Position numbers and translations under genes: made by a program
The notes under the pieces: generated by a model
What the model saw: only the letters and a program-made list of their open reading frames with translations
Database searches by the model: none
What the model was told of the DNA's origin: nothing
Part shown: piece after piece, positions 43,190 through 53,879 of the stretch
Numbering within the stretch: the first letter of the stretch is position 1
How the letters are laid out: the number at the start of each line of letters is the position of its first letter
From: an uncultured Candidatus Binatia bacterium
Lineage (GTDB): Bacteria > Desulfobacterota > Binatia > UBA9968 > CAXXLF01
Direction of reading: 5' to 3'
DNA length: 64,000 nt
Assembly: GCA_965218425.1 (NCBI GenBank)
Contig: OZ244621.1
Coordinates: 2,368,001 to 2,432,000, forward strand

Positions 43190-44458
43190 ATGGGAAAAAA
43201 GAACTTTCATATCCGGGACATTCGATTAGCGGAGCAAGGTAGAAAACGGGTCCTCTGGGCGGATCAAGAAATGCCCGTCCTGAGGCGGGTCCGCAGCCGC
43301 TTTGAGAGCGAAAAGCCGCTACGAGGACTTCGGTTTTCCGCTTGTCTGCATGTCACTGCGGAGACGGCAAACCTGGTTCGAGCACTGAAGGCCGGTGGGG
43401 CCCAAGTGGTCCTTTGTGCATCCAATCCACTTTCCACCCAAGATGACGTTGCTGCCGCCCTTGTCAAGTATGACAAGATTCCTGTCTTTGCCGTTCGAGC
43501 GGAGGATCGGAAGACCTATTATCAACACCTCCATGCGGCTTTGGATCATGCACCGGTCATCACCATGGATGACGGTGCGGATCTCGTTTCCATGCTCCAT
43601 AAAGAATACGCAAAACTTGCATCCGGTATGATGGCGAGCATGGAGGAGACCACCACGGGTGTCATTCGGCTTCGCGCCTTGGCTGCGGACGGAATGCTCA
43701 AGATTCCCGTCATCGCCGTCAACGATGCGGCCACGAAGCACCTCTTTGACAACCGATACGGAACGGGGCAGTCCACCATCGATGGCATCATCCGGGCCAC
43801 AGATATTTTGATAGCAGGGAAGAAAATCGTGGTAGCCGGCTACGGCTGGTGCGGGAGGGGATTCGCCGCTCGGGCCAGGGGGATGGGGGCTCAGGTCATC
43901 GTGACGGAGGTGGATCCGATCCGGGCCCTAGAGGCTGCCATGGATGGATTTGATGTGAAGACCATGAAAGATGCCGCCAAAGTGGGTGATGTGTTCGTTA
44001 CCTTGACCGGTGACATGCATGTCATCGGTAAGGAGCACTTGCGGCTCATGAAGGATGGCGCCATCATTTGCAACTCAGGCCACTTCGACATCGAGATTGA
44101 CATCAAGAGCCTCCAACAGATGGCGGCGAAGCGCCGCAAGGATGTAAGGACCCACGTGGACGCCTACACCATGCCAGGGGGTAAGACGCTTTACTTATTG
44201 GGGGAGGGGCGGTTGGTAAATCTCGCCGCTGCAGAAGGACATCCAGCGTCTGTCATGGATATGAGCTTTGCCACCCAAGCACTGGCTTCCGAGTGGGCGG
44301 TGAAGAATCGAAAGAGGCTCAAGTCCGAGGTTTATGATGTTCCAAAGGTGGTGGAGGACTGGGTTGCGCGCTTGAAGCTCAACAGCATGGGAATTCACGT
44401 GGACCGGCTCTCCGATAAACAAAAGGAATACCTCACTTCCTGGAACGTCGGGACCTAG
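43190..44458 (+). CDS. ahcY: adenosylhomocysteinase
   Basis: [42 protein letters not shown]. Confidence 0.98.
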   Translation: MGKKNFHIRDIRLAEQGRKRVLWADQEMPVLRRVRSRFESEKPLRGLRFSACLHVTAETANLVRALKAGGAQVVLCASNPLSTQDDVAAALVKYDKIPVFAVRAEDRKTYYQHLHAALDHAPVITMDDGADLVSMLHKEYAKLASGMMASMEETTTGVIRLRALAADGMLKIPVIAVNDAATKHLFDNRYGTGQSTIDGIIRATDILIAGKKIVVAGYGWCGRGFAARARGMGAQVIVTEVDPIRALEAAMDGFDVKTMKDAAKVGDVFVTLTGDMHVIGKEHLRLMKDGAIICNSGHFDIEIDIKSLQQMAAKRRKDVRTHVDAYTMPGGKTLYLLGEGRLVNLAAAEGHPASVMDMSFATQALASEWAVKNRKRLKSEVYDVPKVVEDWVARLKLNSMGIHVDRLSDKQKEYLTSWNVGT

Positions 44459-44485
44459 ATTGTTACCGCCGGATAATTCACTAAT

Positions 44486-44735
44486 AACTTAACCGCAGAT
44501 TTTCGCCGATTCTCGCAGACGAAAAATGGCATAGCGCGAAGCGTCCATCTTTAAGCCATCAGCCGTCAGCGTTCAGCTCCGAACTCACTACTGCCAACTG
44601 AATACTGTCTTTCTAAATTCCGTAGGCCTGAGGTCAGCAGTCCCGTCTCAACCCTTAACCCCCGGAGATTCAACACTCTTTTCGCTTTGCGCCACGCGCT
44701 TAGCATGCTTGCTCAGTCCTCGGCACTCGCTACTC
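44486..44735. repeat. modular short-repeat element, family I copy 2 (inverted relative to copy 1)
   Basis: 44489-44587 aligns without gaps to the reverse complement of 19933-20031 (hand count 78/99, including an exact TCAGCTCCGAACTCA); the module order is the same. Confidence 0.85.
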
Positions 44736-44948
44736 TTTGCTCAGTTTGGTCTAAGCCCCCTCGCTTCAATGATAGTGCGACGAGGGGAATGAGGATGAAG
44801 GGCGTGGGCACCTAACGACTCGCTCTCCGAGATGGGCTGACCAATGCTCGCCAAGGTCTGTGCGGGAGCTAAGTTCGGATTGACAGTGTCCATCGTCCTC
44901 GAGTATTTCTTAGGCTTTGAGTCTCTTCATTTAGGGGAGGGCTATCTT

Positions 44949-45827
44949 ATGGCGCGACGTGACTATTCGGATGAGGATGTTGGTAATGTTATTTCGCTGG
45001 AGCACGTCAACTTTTACATTCCCAGCCAGGAATTAGCTATCCTGTTTTATGTTGTGGGTCTCGGGTTTACGCGCGACCCTTACCTATCGGTAGGTACGGG
45101 GAATATGTGGATCAATGTGGGCGAACAGCAGTTCCACTTGCCCACTCGGGGTGAGCAGGTTATTCCAGGAACCATAGGGATCGTTGTTCCGGACCTGGCA
45201 TTATTGCAGAAGCGCTTGAAAGCGATCGAGGAGCAACTCACGGGGACCCAATTCTCCTGGTCCCTGGACGATGGCCATATGATAGTGATCTGTCCGTGGG
45301 GCAATCGATTTCGCTGCCACGGCCCGGGTCCAAAATTCGGCGACACGGCCCTTGGCCTTCCATACGTAGAATTTCACACGAGACCTCGCACGGCTGCCGG
45401 AATCGGGCGTTTTTATCAGGAGGTCATGGGAGCACCGTCCGTCATTGAATCAGAAGGAGGCGCCCCTATGGCTCGCATCGCCGTGGGTCGCAATCAGTGG
45501 CTGCTCTTCCGGGAAACCCGGCACGATATTCCGTCTTACGACGGTCACCACATCGCCGTGTACATCGCTAACTTCTCTAGCCCCTATGGGTTTTTGAAAA
45601 AACACAAGCTCATCGTGGAAGACGTTGTCAACCATCAGTTCCGTTTCAAGGATGTGGTGGATCCGAAGAGCGGCAAGAAGTTGTTCACCCTCGAGCACGA
45701 GGTTCGTAGCCTGCGCCACCCGCTGTACCACCGATTGCTCGTCAATCGTGACCCGACCCAGATACAGAGCAGCTATGCCCGTGGGAAGGATGCCCTGATT
45801 CCAATGGTTAAAAACCATTGGGCATGA
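44949..45827 (+). CDS. hypothetical protein, probable double VOC/glyoxalase-like fold
   Basis: LEHVNF...FYVVGLGF, QFHLP, CPWGNRF, FYQEVMG, GHHIAVY; GGAGG RBS. Confidence 0.75.
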   Translation: MARRDYSDEDVGNVISLEHVNFYIPSQELAILFYVVGLGFTRDPYLSVGTGNMWINVGEQQFHLPTRGEQVIPGTIGIVVPDLALLQKRLKAIEEQLTGTQFSWSLDDGHMIVICPWGNRFRCHGPGPKFGDTALGLPYVEFHTRPRTAAGIGRFYQEVMGAPSVIESEGGAPMARIAVGRNQWLLFRETRHDIPSYDGHHIAVYIANFSSPYGFLKKHKLIVEDVVNHQFRFKDVVDPKSGKKLFTLEHEVRSLRHPLYHRLLVNRDPTQIQSSYARGKDALIPMVKNHWA

Positions 45828-45840
45828 TCGATTTCAAAAA

Positions 45841-47007
45841 TCAGACGAAATTTATAAAAATGGAATTGGCGACCAGGAGACCGCGGCGGGTGAGTCGGAG
45901 CCGTTGGTCTCGTTCTTCCATCAGTCCCTGGTGGATCCATTGGTTGATTTGTGGATAAAACCCGTCAGGGTATTTACCAAAGCGATGAAAAAATTCCTCC
46001 TTGGATATGCCCCGGGTCATCCTTAAGCCAAGAAACATGAACTCGCCTGTGGCCTTGTTCAAGTCGCTCACCTCGGATTCAACCGTCCCCTGTCCCTTCC
46101 CTGCAACCTGTTTCATGTATCGACCGGGATCCTTCTCGTTTTGCCACCTGTGCCCCCGGATATCGCCGCCCCTCATTTGCTTGTAACTGTGTGCGCCGGC
46201 CCCGATCCCTAGGTAGTCGCCCCCTTGCCAGTAGTTGACGTTATGTCGGGAATGCAGTCCATTGCGCGCGTAGTTGGAGATCTCGTAACGTTGGATTTGT
46301 TTGGCGGCGAGGGTTTCTTCGATGAGTTCTGCCATCGAGATCTCATCTTCTTCGGGTAGGGAGCGAATCTTTCCGGCGCGGTACTGGCGTTCAAATGGAG
46401 TTCCCTCTTCGAAGGTGAGGTTGTATACGGACATGTGAGGGGGTTGGAACGTCAACGCCTCTTTCAGGTCTGCTTCCAAGTGAGCCAGGGATTGACCGGG
46501 AATGGCGAAGATCAGATCCAAATTAAAATTCTCAAATCCAGCGTCCCGAAGGATCCGCAAAGACTTGCGTGTTTCATCGGCGCTGTGGATACGACCTAGG
46601 AACTTGAGGAGATGGGGCTGAAAGGATTGTGCGCCGATGCTGATGCGATTAACCCCTGAGGTCCGATAGCCGGTAAAGTTCTTGCTGTCTGCCGTTGCGG
46701 GGTTGGCCTCTAGGGTAATTTCAATATCTTTCTCAAAAGGAAAATAGGATGCCGCGTTCTGGAGGAGCTTCGCAATACTCTCCGGTGCGAACGTAGATGG
46801 AGTTCCCCCGCCAAAAAAAATACTCTTTAGGGTCCTCCCCCGCCACTCCTCTTTCCCCGCGTAGAAATCAAGTTCCTTTGTCAAAGTGTCCGTATAAGTC
46901 GCCTCTGGGATATTGGGGACCACATGGGAATTGAAATCACAGTAAGGGCACTTGCTGATGCAATAAGGAATGTGGAGATAGAGAGAGAAGGGGTCGCGGT
47001 CCGTCAT
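45841..47007 (-). CDS. hemW: radical SAM heme chaperone HemW
   Basis: LYLHIPYCISKCPYCDFN, FFGGGTPS, EITLEANP, YEISNYA, HNVNYW. Confidence 0.92.
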   Translation of the reverse strand: MTDRDPFSLYLHIPYCISKCPYCDFNSHVVPNIPEATYTDTLTKELDFYAGKEEWRGRTLKSIFFGGGTPSTFAPESIAKLLQNAASYFPFEKDIEITLEANPATADSKNFTGYRTSGVNRISIGAQSFQPHLLKFLGRIHSADETRKSLRILRDAGFENFNLDLIFAIPGQSLAHLEADLKEALTFQPPHMSVYNLTFEEGTPFERQYRAGKIRSLPEEDEISMAELIEETLAAKQIQRYEISNYARNGLHSRHNVNYWQGGDYLGIGAGAHSYKQMRGGDIRGHRWQNEKDPGRYMKQVAGKGQGTVESEVSDLNKATGEFMFLGLRMTRGISKEEFFHRFGKYPDGFYPQINQWIHQGLMEERDQRLRLTRRGLLVANSIFINFV

Positions 47008-47087
47008 TGACTACATCCTTATGAATCTAATCCTTAAAAACATGCCGTGGACTATTGCGGTGAATATAACGAGGCGTCGCGCATGAC

Positions 47088-48359
47088 CTACACCTGGCGA
47101 AGCGCTTCGACCCGTTCCGAAGCGGTAGGATGGGAATAATGATAGGCAGAGTACCACGGGTGGGGAGTTAGATTTGATAGGTTCTGGACGGTGAGTTGAA
47201 TTAAGGCCTCCTCCATGGCCGTTGCATCCTTTGAGGTCTTTGCGGCAAAGCGGTCCGCCTCGTATTCGTGCTTGCGGGAAATATGGTTGAACAAGGGGCT
47301 CAGGTAGAAGGTAAAGGGACCCGCCATGAAAGCAAACAGGACCAAGGCTCCATGGGTAGAGGGTTCTTCCAAACCAAAGGCTCTAAACATGGGAACGAAA
47401 TCAATGAGCCAGCTGAGGAGGTACAGCCCTAGCAAGAGAAACACACCGCTTAGCAAGAGCATTCGGCGAATGTGTTTCATTTTGTAGTGTCCCATCTCGT
47501 GGGCTAGAACCGCCAGCAGCTGCTCACCAGTCAATTGTTTAAGGAGAGTATCGAAGAGGACAATCCTCTTGGCCTTCCCTATGCCGGTAAAATAGGCATT
47601 GGAATGAGCGGAGCGTTTTGAGCCGTCCATGGTGAATATCCCACTGGTCTTTAATCCCACCTTTTGGGTCAATGCTGAAATCCGCTCCCGTAACTCACCC
47701 GTCTCCAGCGGCTGAAACTTATTAAAAAGCGGGGCGATGACGGCTGGATAAATAATGATCATCACGACTTGAAAACCGAAGATGAAAAAAAAGGCCCAGA
47801 TCCACCAATAACGGCCCGATGCCTGCATGAGCCAGAGGACTCCGAAGAGAAACGGTAGGCCCAAAGCGATACCCAGAATCAACCCCTTTACCTTATCGCT
47901 GAGATAGAGTTTGAAGGTTAGTTTGTTGAAACCAAAGCGCTCCTCCAACACGAAAGTCGAATACAATTCCGTGGGCAGTCCTAAGATGGAAACGAAAAGG
48001 GTGGTGCCAAAACAGAATATAATTCCCGTCGCCAGGGTGCTGGATGGAAAAACGCTTCCAAGGTACTGGGAGAGGCGGTCAAGAAAAGGTAACACCCCGC
48101 CAAAAAGCACAAGAAGCGTAACAGCACCGCCGTAGATTTCAGCCCAACGCTGGAAACGGTTCTTCGCTATGGTATACGCAACTGATTTTTCGTAGTCCCC
48201 AGCGGGTATCTGGTTATGGAAAATACTGGGAAGCGCTTTTGCGGACCAAAGGCGGCGGACATAGGCAATATTAACCTCATTAAGCGAAAGCTCCACAACC
48301 AGTTCGAGGAAGAAAAAAGTCAGGAATAAACCGACCACCCAATGTTCCATCAAAACCAA
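47088..48359 (-). CDS. M48 family (Ste24-like) zinc metalloprotease
   Basis: DGSKRSAHSNAYFTG, LAHEMGH, EYEADRFA, YSHP; multiple TM segments. Confidence 0.93.
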   Translation of the reverse strand: MVLMEHWVVGLFLTFFFLELVVELSLNEVNIAYVRRLWSAKALPSIFHNQIPAGDYEKSVAYTIAKNRFQRWAEIYGGAVTLLVLFGGVLPFLDRLSQYLGSVFPSSTLATGIIFCFGTTLFVSILGLPTELYSTFVLEERFGFNKLTFKLYLSDKVKGLILGIALGLPFLFGVLWLMQASGRYWWIWAFFFIFGFQVVMIIIYPAVIAPLFNKFQPLETGELRERISALTQKVGLKTSGIFTMDGSKRSAHSNAYFTGIGKAKRIVLFDTLLKQLTGEQLLAVLAHEMGHYKMKHIRRMLLLSGVFLLLGLYLLSWLIDFVPMFRAFGLEEPSTHGALVLFAFMAGPFTFYLSPLFNHISRKHEYEADRFAAKTSKDATAMEEALIQLTVQNLSNLTPHPWYSAYHYSHPTASERVEALRQV

Positions 48360-48764
48360 TCTCGCTCCCCATGATACAAGGATTCGGATGATTCTACAGT
48401 GTGGCTTTCACTGTAGTATGAGTCTCCTGGGGACGCAATCAGGCTGTTACGAAGGCTCTGTTGTGTCTCAGCGGGTAAACGCGGAAAATGGTTATTAGGG
48501 ATAAAAAGCATTGGGTGTGGACAAAAATGTACGAAAGGTCTGGAACAAGAATGACTAGCACCGGGATTCTATAGAGCACGATACTCCGGGTTAAATGTGG
48601 TTTTTCCCCAAGTTTGCTTGACAATCCGGGTGATTGTAGAACATATGTGATGGGTTTCGATGAGAGGACGGGTGGTTACAGAACCAATCTTGTTTTTTCC
48701 AGGAAGTATGGTAGTTTAAAAAGTTGCCTAAAATGGCATGAATCGTCTTCAGGAGCTTTTCTAA

Positions 48765-50609
48765 ATGCCTTCAATAAATGATCTGAGTATTTCCGTGGCC
48801 ACGGAAAATGGCTCGGGTAGCGCCTCTTCAAATAACATTCTTTTCAAGTCCATTTTTAAAATGGGCATCCCCTGTTCGTCAAAGAATATGTTTCCTTCCA
48901 ATATCCAGGGCCTGCCAACCTGGTACCAGATCCGGGCTTGTGGGGACGGCTACTTTGGCCGTAAAGACGTCATTGATGTCATCGTGATGTTCAATGATGC
49001 CACAGCAGGCCAGGATATCCACCGAGTCAGGGGAGGTGGCCTCATTATCTTCGACGACTCGAAGCCCCTACCTTCCCACCTAAAACGTGAAGGGGTTCAA
49101 TACGTGGGTGTTCCGGCCAACAAACTTGTGCAGGAACATGTGGAGGCTTCTCCCCTGCGGGCCAAGCAGCGAAACATGATTTACGTGGGTGTCCTGGCAA
49201 AGCTGTTTGGTATTAATTTAGAAGTCATCAAAGAGGTGCTACGGGATACCTTTGGAAACAAGCCTGCCGTTATTGAGTCCAACCTTCTCTGTATCGAGCT
49301 TGGCTACCGACATGTGGAAGAGAACGGGCTGACACAAGACATCGGCCGGTTAGAGGCGATCCCGAATGGCAATGATGGAAAAATCATTACCGAGGGGAAT
49401 ACGGCCTGCGCATTGGGAGCCATCTACGGTGGAGTATCAATGGTCTCGTGGTATCCCATTACCCCGTCCAGCTCCCTAGCGGAAGCCATCGAGCACTATA
49501 TGCCGCGGCTACGCAAGAGGCCTGACGGCAAGGCAAACTATGCGATCGTTCAGGCGGAGGATGAGATTGCCGCCGCAGGGATGGTGGTTGGGGCTGGTTG
49601 GGGCGGGGTACGTGCCATGACATCCACTTCTGGACCAGGACTCTCCCTCATGAACGAAACCGTGGGGTTGGCCTATTTCGCTGAAATTCCGAGTGTTTTT
49701 TTCATCATCCAACGTGGAGGCCCCTCCACCGGGTTGCCCACGCGAACCCAACAGGCCGATATCTTGTCCATGTATCACTGTTCCCACGGAGACACCCGTA
49801 ATATCATCTTGATCCCCCATGACACGAGCACCTGTTTTGATCTTGCCCGCCGGAGTTTTGATTATGCGGAGCGGTTTCAGACACCGGTCTTTGTCATGAT
49901 GGACCTGGATCTGGGGATGAACCTATGGTCCTCTGATCCCCTCAGGCTGGAAAAGGAACCCTTCGATCGGGGCAAGCTTCTGAGCGCCGATGATCTGCAA
50001 AAAATCGAGGGAAAATTCCGTCGCTATTTTGATCTGGACGGAGATGGTATCCCCCAGAGGACCGTGCCCGGGAACACCCATCCCAAAGCCGCCTATTTTG
50101 CTCGGGGCTCGGGCCATGATTCCGACGCGCGCTACAGCGAAGACGAAAACGACTATAAGGAGACCCTGGATCGGCTGGCTCGGAAGCTTGAAACAGCTCG
50201 CAAGGCAGTTCCCAAGCCCATTGTGGAGGCGTCTCCCAATATCAAGTCCGGTTTCATCTGCTTTGGTTCCAGTTTTGAATCCACTCGAGAAGCCCGGGAT
50301 CGGCTCAGGTCTGAAGGCCTGGAATCCAATCATTTGTTGCTGAGGGCTCTACCCTTAACCGATGAAGTAAAAAAGTTTGTTGCCGCTCATGAAGTGGTTT
50401 ATCTCGTGGAACAAAATCGTGATGGCCAGATGGCGGCGATTCTCAAATCCGAATGGCCCGAGCTGGGAGCCAGGATCGTGAGCGTACTCGTCTACGACGG
50501 CCTCCCGATAGCCGCAGGCGAAATCGTCCGGCAGGTTCGGGAGTTTCTATCAACTTCTGAAAAAGGGGTGAAACAGTGGCTGCCCAAAAGACCAATCGCG
50601 TCAGTTTAA
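48765..50609 (+). CDS. 2-oxoacid:acceptor oxidoreductase alpha subunit
   Basis: NGSGSAS, FPSNIQGLPTWY, WYPITPSS, QAEDEIAA, TSGPGLSLM, RGGPSTGLPT. Confidence 0.95.
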   Translation: MPSINDLSISVATENGSGSASSNNILFKSIFKMGIPCSSKNMFPSNIQGLPTWYQIRACGDGYFGRKDVIDVIVMFNDATAGQDIHRVRGGGLIIFDDSKPLPSHLKREGVQYVGVPANKLVQEHVEASPLRAKQRNMIYVGVLAKLFGINLEVIKEVLRDTFGNKPAVIESNLLCIELGYRHVEENGLTQDIGRLEAIPNGNDGKIITEGNTACALGAIYGGVSMVSWYPITPSSSLAEAIEHYMPRLRKRPDGKANYAIVQAEDEIAAAGMVVGAGWGGVRAMTSTSGPGLSLMNETVGLAYFAEIPSVFFIIQRGGPSTGLPTRTQQADILSMYHCSHGDTRNIILIPHDTSTCFDLARRSFDYAERFQTPVFVMMDLDLGMNLWSSDPLRLEKEPFDRGKLLSADDLQKIEGKFRRYFDLDGDGIPQRTVPGNTHPKAAYFARGSGHDSDARYSEDENDYKETLDRLARKLETARKAVPKPIVEASPNIKSGFICFGSSFESTREARDRLRSEGLESNHLLLRALPLTDEVKKFVAAHEVVYLVEQNRDGQMAAILKSEWPELGARIVSVLVYDGLPIAAGEIVRQVREFLSTSEKGVKQWLPKRPIASV

Positions 50610-51604
50610 CGGAAAAGGATTATCGTGGCGCCGAGTCCACCATGTGCAAAGGGTGCGGCCACGATGCCATTTCCGCCTCCATTATTCGGGCTTTCTTCGA
50701 TAGCAGTGTAGACCCACGGAAGGTCATAAAACTGAGCGGCATTGGTTGTTCCTCGAAGACACCGGCTTACTTTCTCAGTCAATCCTTTGGTTTTAATGCC
50801 GTTCATGGACGCATGTCTGCGGTGGCCACGGGTGCCAATCTGGCCAACCATTCGCTGCTTCCCATTGGCGTGTCGGGGGATGGGGATACTTCCGCCATCG
50901 GTCTGGGAAACTTTTGCCATATGATGCGCCGCAACGTGAATATTACCTACATCATCGAAAACAACGGCGTCTATGGGTTGACCAAAGGACAGTTTTCGGC
51001 CACAGCAGATAAGGGAACCCGCATGAAAGGCGGGAAGATCAATGAGATGTCCGCCATCGACCTAGCCGAGCTGGCCATCAATTTTGGGGCTACCTATGTG
51101 GCGCGGAGCTTCTCGGGGGATCGCAAACAATTGGCTCCCCTCATTCAAGGGGCCTTCGCCCATAAGGGGAGTGCCATCTTGGATGTTCTGAGCCCCTGCG
51201 TTACCTTCAACAACCATGAGGGTTCCACCAAGAGCCTGAAGTATATCAAGGATAACCTTGACCCACTCCACGACGTGGACTTTATCCCTCACTATGAAAA
51301 CATTGAGGCGGATTACGAGCCGGGGACCGACCACGAAGTGGTCCTCCATGACGGCTCCCGCATCACCCTGCACAAGCTAAGAGAAAGTTATGACCCCACT
51401 AACAAGGCGAGTGCCTTGACCGCAATCCATGGTTCCGTTGCCGAAGGGAAATTCTTAACGGGCCTCATCTACTGCGACCCGGATTCATCGGATCTTGTCG
51501 AGGAGATGAATCTCTGCGAAACCCCTTTGGCCGAACTGGGGCAAGACGAACTCCAGCCTTCTCCTGAGCTGCTTGATCAGATCAACGCTGAATTGATGAA
51601 ATAG
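50576..51604 (+). CDS. 2-oxoacid:ferredoxin oxidoreductase beta subunit
   Basis: CKGCGHD, SGIGCSSK, SGDGD, NNGVYGLTKGQ, SPCVTFN. Confidence 0.95.
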   Translation: MAAQKTNRVSLTEKDYRGAESTMCKGCGHDAISASIIRAFFDSSVDPRKVIKLSGIGCSSKTPAYFLSQSFGFNAVHGRMSAVATGANLANHSLLPIGVSGDGDTSAIGLGNFCHMMRRNVNITYIIENNGVYGLTKGQFSATADKGTRMKGGKINEMSAIDLAELAINFGATYVARSFSGDRKQLAPLIQGAFAHKGSAILDVLSPCVTFNNHEGSTKSLKYIKDNLDPLHDVDFIPHYENIEADYEPGTDHEVVLHDGSRITLHKLRESYDPTNKASALTAIHGSVAEGKFLTGLIYCDPDSSDLVEEMNLCETPLAELGQDELQPSPELLDQINAELMK

Positions 51605-51610
51605 GAACCC

Positions 51611-51726
51611 AGACAGAGATTTGAGACAGCGACTGCGGCCACTCCCCTCCACCTCTTTTTCTTGCTCTGTCTCAAATCTCTGTCTTTTCCTTAGTCTCTA
51701 TCCCTGTCTCTATCTGTGTCTGTTTA
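51611..51726. repeat. modular repeat element, family II copy 1, with a 19-bp perfect inverted repeat
   Basis: AGACAGAGATTTGAGACAG (51611-29) / CTGTCTCAAATCTCTGTCT (51667-85), plus a CTCTATCCCTGTCTC module; lies between convergent genes. Confidence 0.85.
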
Positions 51727-52713
51727 GTGGTGATGTTTCCTCTGGAGTCCTCCGTGCGCGAGGGCGAGAATGTCCGAGCGGGACAGTTTCTCACCTCCCA
51801 ATAGACGAGGAAGAACGACATCGAATGCGCTCACTGGGTCATGGAGGACGCAGCCGGAAAGGCCCAGGATGGGCGTGTTTTTGAGGTGGGCAAGAAGGAA
51901 CATGGAACCCGGCAACACTGGAAATCCATGGCACACAACTTTGGCCCCGCTTCGTCTGACCCCCTCTGGGGTTTGATCGTCAGGGTCCACGGACATGCCT
52001 CCGCTCACCAGAATCAACTCGGCACCGGCCCCATGGGAGTCGCGAATATGAGAGGCGATCTGATCGGGATCATCCAGGACCAGTTTCTTCGCTTCCAGGT
52101 CAGAGCCCAATTGTTCGAGTTTGCGCCGAACCACGGGTTCGAAACCGTCCTTGATACGGCCAGTGAAAACCTCGCTTCCGGTGACGATGAGATGGACCCG
52201 CCTCGAAGGGATCGGTAGGATAGAGGCAAGGGGTTTATTTTTGCACAGGGATTCGGCTTTTTTGACGAGTGATTCTTTGACGATAATGGGAATGGTTCGG
52301 GTCCCTGCCACAACCTCTCCTTCTTGCACGTACTGGTTCGTAGGTAACGTGGAAAGGATGAGATCTCCCATCTCATTAAAACGGTAGAGAAGCTTTTCGT
52401 CCACTTTCAGTAGTCCGGAGATTTCCGCCACCAGATTGACCCGCCCTTCCACGGGATCCGTCAGGCTAATATGAGGACCCGCCGCCGCTTGAGCCAATCT
52501 CCGCGCGGCGTCCTCCTCGTGCAGTTCGCCCTTTTCCAGATCGATGATGTAGATGTGAGCCTTTCCAATGTCGAGCAGCTTGGCCACGTCCTCGCTTCTG
52601 ATAACATGGCCACGTCGGAAGGCCGGGCCCTTGTGCTTGCCTGGTATGATTTCAGTAACGTCGTGGGCCAGGAGTGTCCCCACGGCCTCTTCGACGGGGA
52701 TAATCTTAAGCAT
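51724..52713 (-). CDS. molybdopterin-binding protein (MoeA/MogA-like domain)
   Basis: LAHDVTEIIPG, HEEDAA, TGSEVFTGRIKDGF, SGGMSVDPDDQTP, PVLPGSMF. Confidence 0.85.
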   Translation of the reverse strand: MLKIIPVEEAVGTLLAHDVTEIIPGKHKGPAFRRGHVIRSEDVAKLLDIGKAHIYIIDLEKGELHEEDAARRLAQAAAGPHISLTDPVEGRVNLVAEISGLLKVDEKLLYRFNEMGDLILSTLPTNQYVQEGEVVAGTRTIPIIVKESLVKKAESLCKNKPLASILPIPSRRVHLIVTGSEVFTGRIKDGFEPVVRRKLEQLGSDLEAKKLVLDDPDQIASHIRDSHGAGAELILVSGGMSVDPDDQTPEGVRRSGAKVVCHGFPVLPGSMFLLAHLKNTPILGLSGCVLHDPVSAFDVVLPRLLGGEKLSRSDILALAHGGLQRKHHH

Positions 52714-52865
52714 GCTCCTTCCTCCCTCACCTCTGGGTTAGGATCAATATAGACATGGGACCTTTCATTGTCCAGTTGGCTGGAACGAGTTCCCTTATGA
52801 GTTAAGGGAAACGTTTCCTCTTGTGGGTGGGAACAAATGCCGGAGGCTCTGGCCAGGGTGGGGGG

Positions 52866-53879
52866 TCAGCCACCGAGGGTGATCATCTCGATCTTTTTTT
52901 GCCCTTTGGGATTGTAGCCCGTGTCGGATTGCATGGCCTCTAGCCGTTCGTCGGAGTAACGGTCCTTTCTACCCGTCCAGACCGATCCCAGGAGATCCAG
53001 GATCTCTTTGTCCGAGGCCCCTTTCCTTAGCAGTCCTTTTAAGTCGTGGCCTGTCTGGGAGAATAGGCAGGTCACCAATTTCCCGTCGGCGGTCAGTCTG
53101 GCTCGAACGCAGGTCGAGCAAAAAGGTTCTGAGACGGAGGCGATGACGCCGATGTCTCCGCGTCCGTCAACAAATTGATAGTCCACCGATGGCGCGCTGC
53201 CTTTGTCTCGACCCTTTTCTTTCAAGGGAAATCGAGCGTGAACCAGTTCAAGGATTTCCTTCTTGGAGACCATCTTTTGTGAGGCCCAGTTGTTGGAGTT
53301 GCCCACGTCCATGTACTCGATAAAGCGGATGGCGAAGCCGTTCTCTCTGGAAAACTCCACTAGACTCAACACATCGTCATCATTGACTCCCCGTTCGATG
53401 ACCGAGTTAATTTTGATGGGGATCAGACCGACTTTCTTAGCAACGAATAGACCCTCGATGACTTTGTCTAGATCGCCGCGTTTTGTGATTTGTTTAAACT
53501 TCTCCGGGTTGAGGGTATCCAGGCTCACGTTGATCCGTTTGAGCCCCGCGGACTTTAGAAGGGGGGCCTTTTCGGCGAGCAATGATCCATTGGTGGTAAG
53601 AGAGATATCCTTGAGCCCGGGTATGGTGGAAAGCTGGCCAATCAGCTCTTCCAAACTTTGGCGGACCAGGGGCTCTCCGCCGGTTAGGCGGATCTTTTCA
53701 ACGCCCAATTGGACAAACAGACGGGCCAGCCGGGTGATTTCTTCGAAAGAGAGAATCTCTTGCTTGTTGATCCAGGTATATTCGTCAAATGGCATACAGT
53801 AGGTGCAGCGGAAATTGCACCTGTCCGTGACGGATATCCTGAGGTCCCTCATGGGTCTGTTGAAAGTATCGGTCAACAC
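52866..53879 (-). CDS. moaA: GTP 3',8-cyclase MoaA
   Basis: LRISVTDRCNFRCTYCM, RLTGGEPL, RFIEYM, FCSTCVRARLTADG...CLF, C-terminal GG. The start is approximate. Confidence 0.96.
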   Translation of the reverse strand: MLTDTFNRPMRDLRISVTDRCNFRCTYCMPFDEYTWINKQEILSFEEITRLARLFVQLGVEKIRLTGGEPLVRQSLEELIGQLSTIPGLKDISLTTNGSLLAEKAPLLKSAGLKRINVSLDTLNPEKFKQITKRGDLDKVIEGLFVAKKVGLIPIKINSVIERGVNDDDVLSLVEFSRENGFAIRFIEYMDVGNSNNWASQKMVSKKEILELVHARFPLKEKGRDKGSAPSVDYQFVDGRGDIGVIASVSEPFCSTCVRARLTADGKLVTCLFSQTGHDLKGLLRKGASDKEILDLLGSVWTGRKDRYSDERLEAMQSDTGYNPKGQKKIEMITLGG

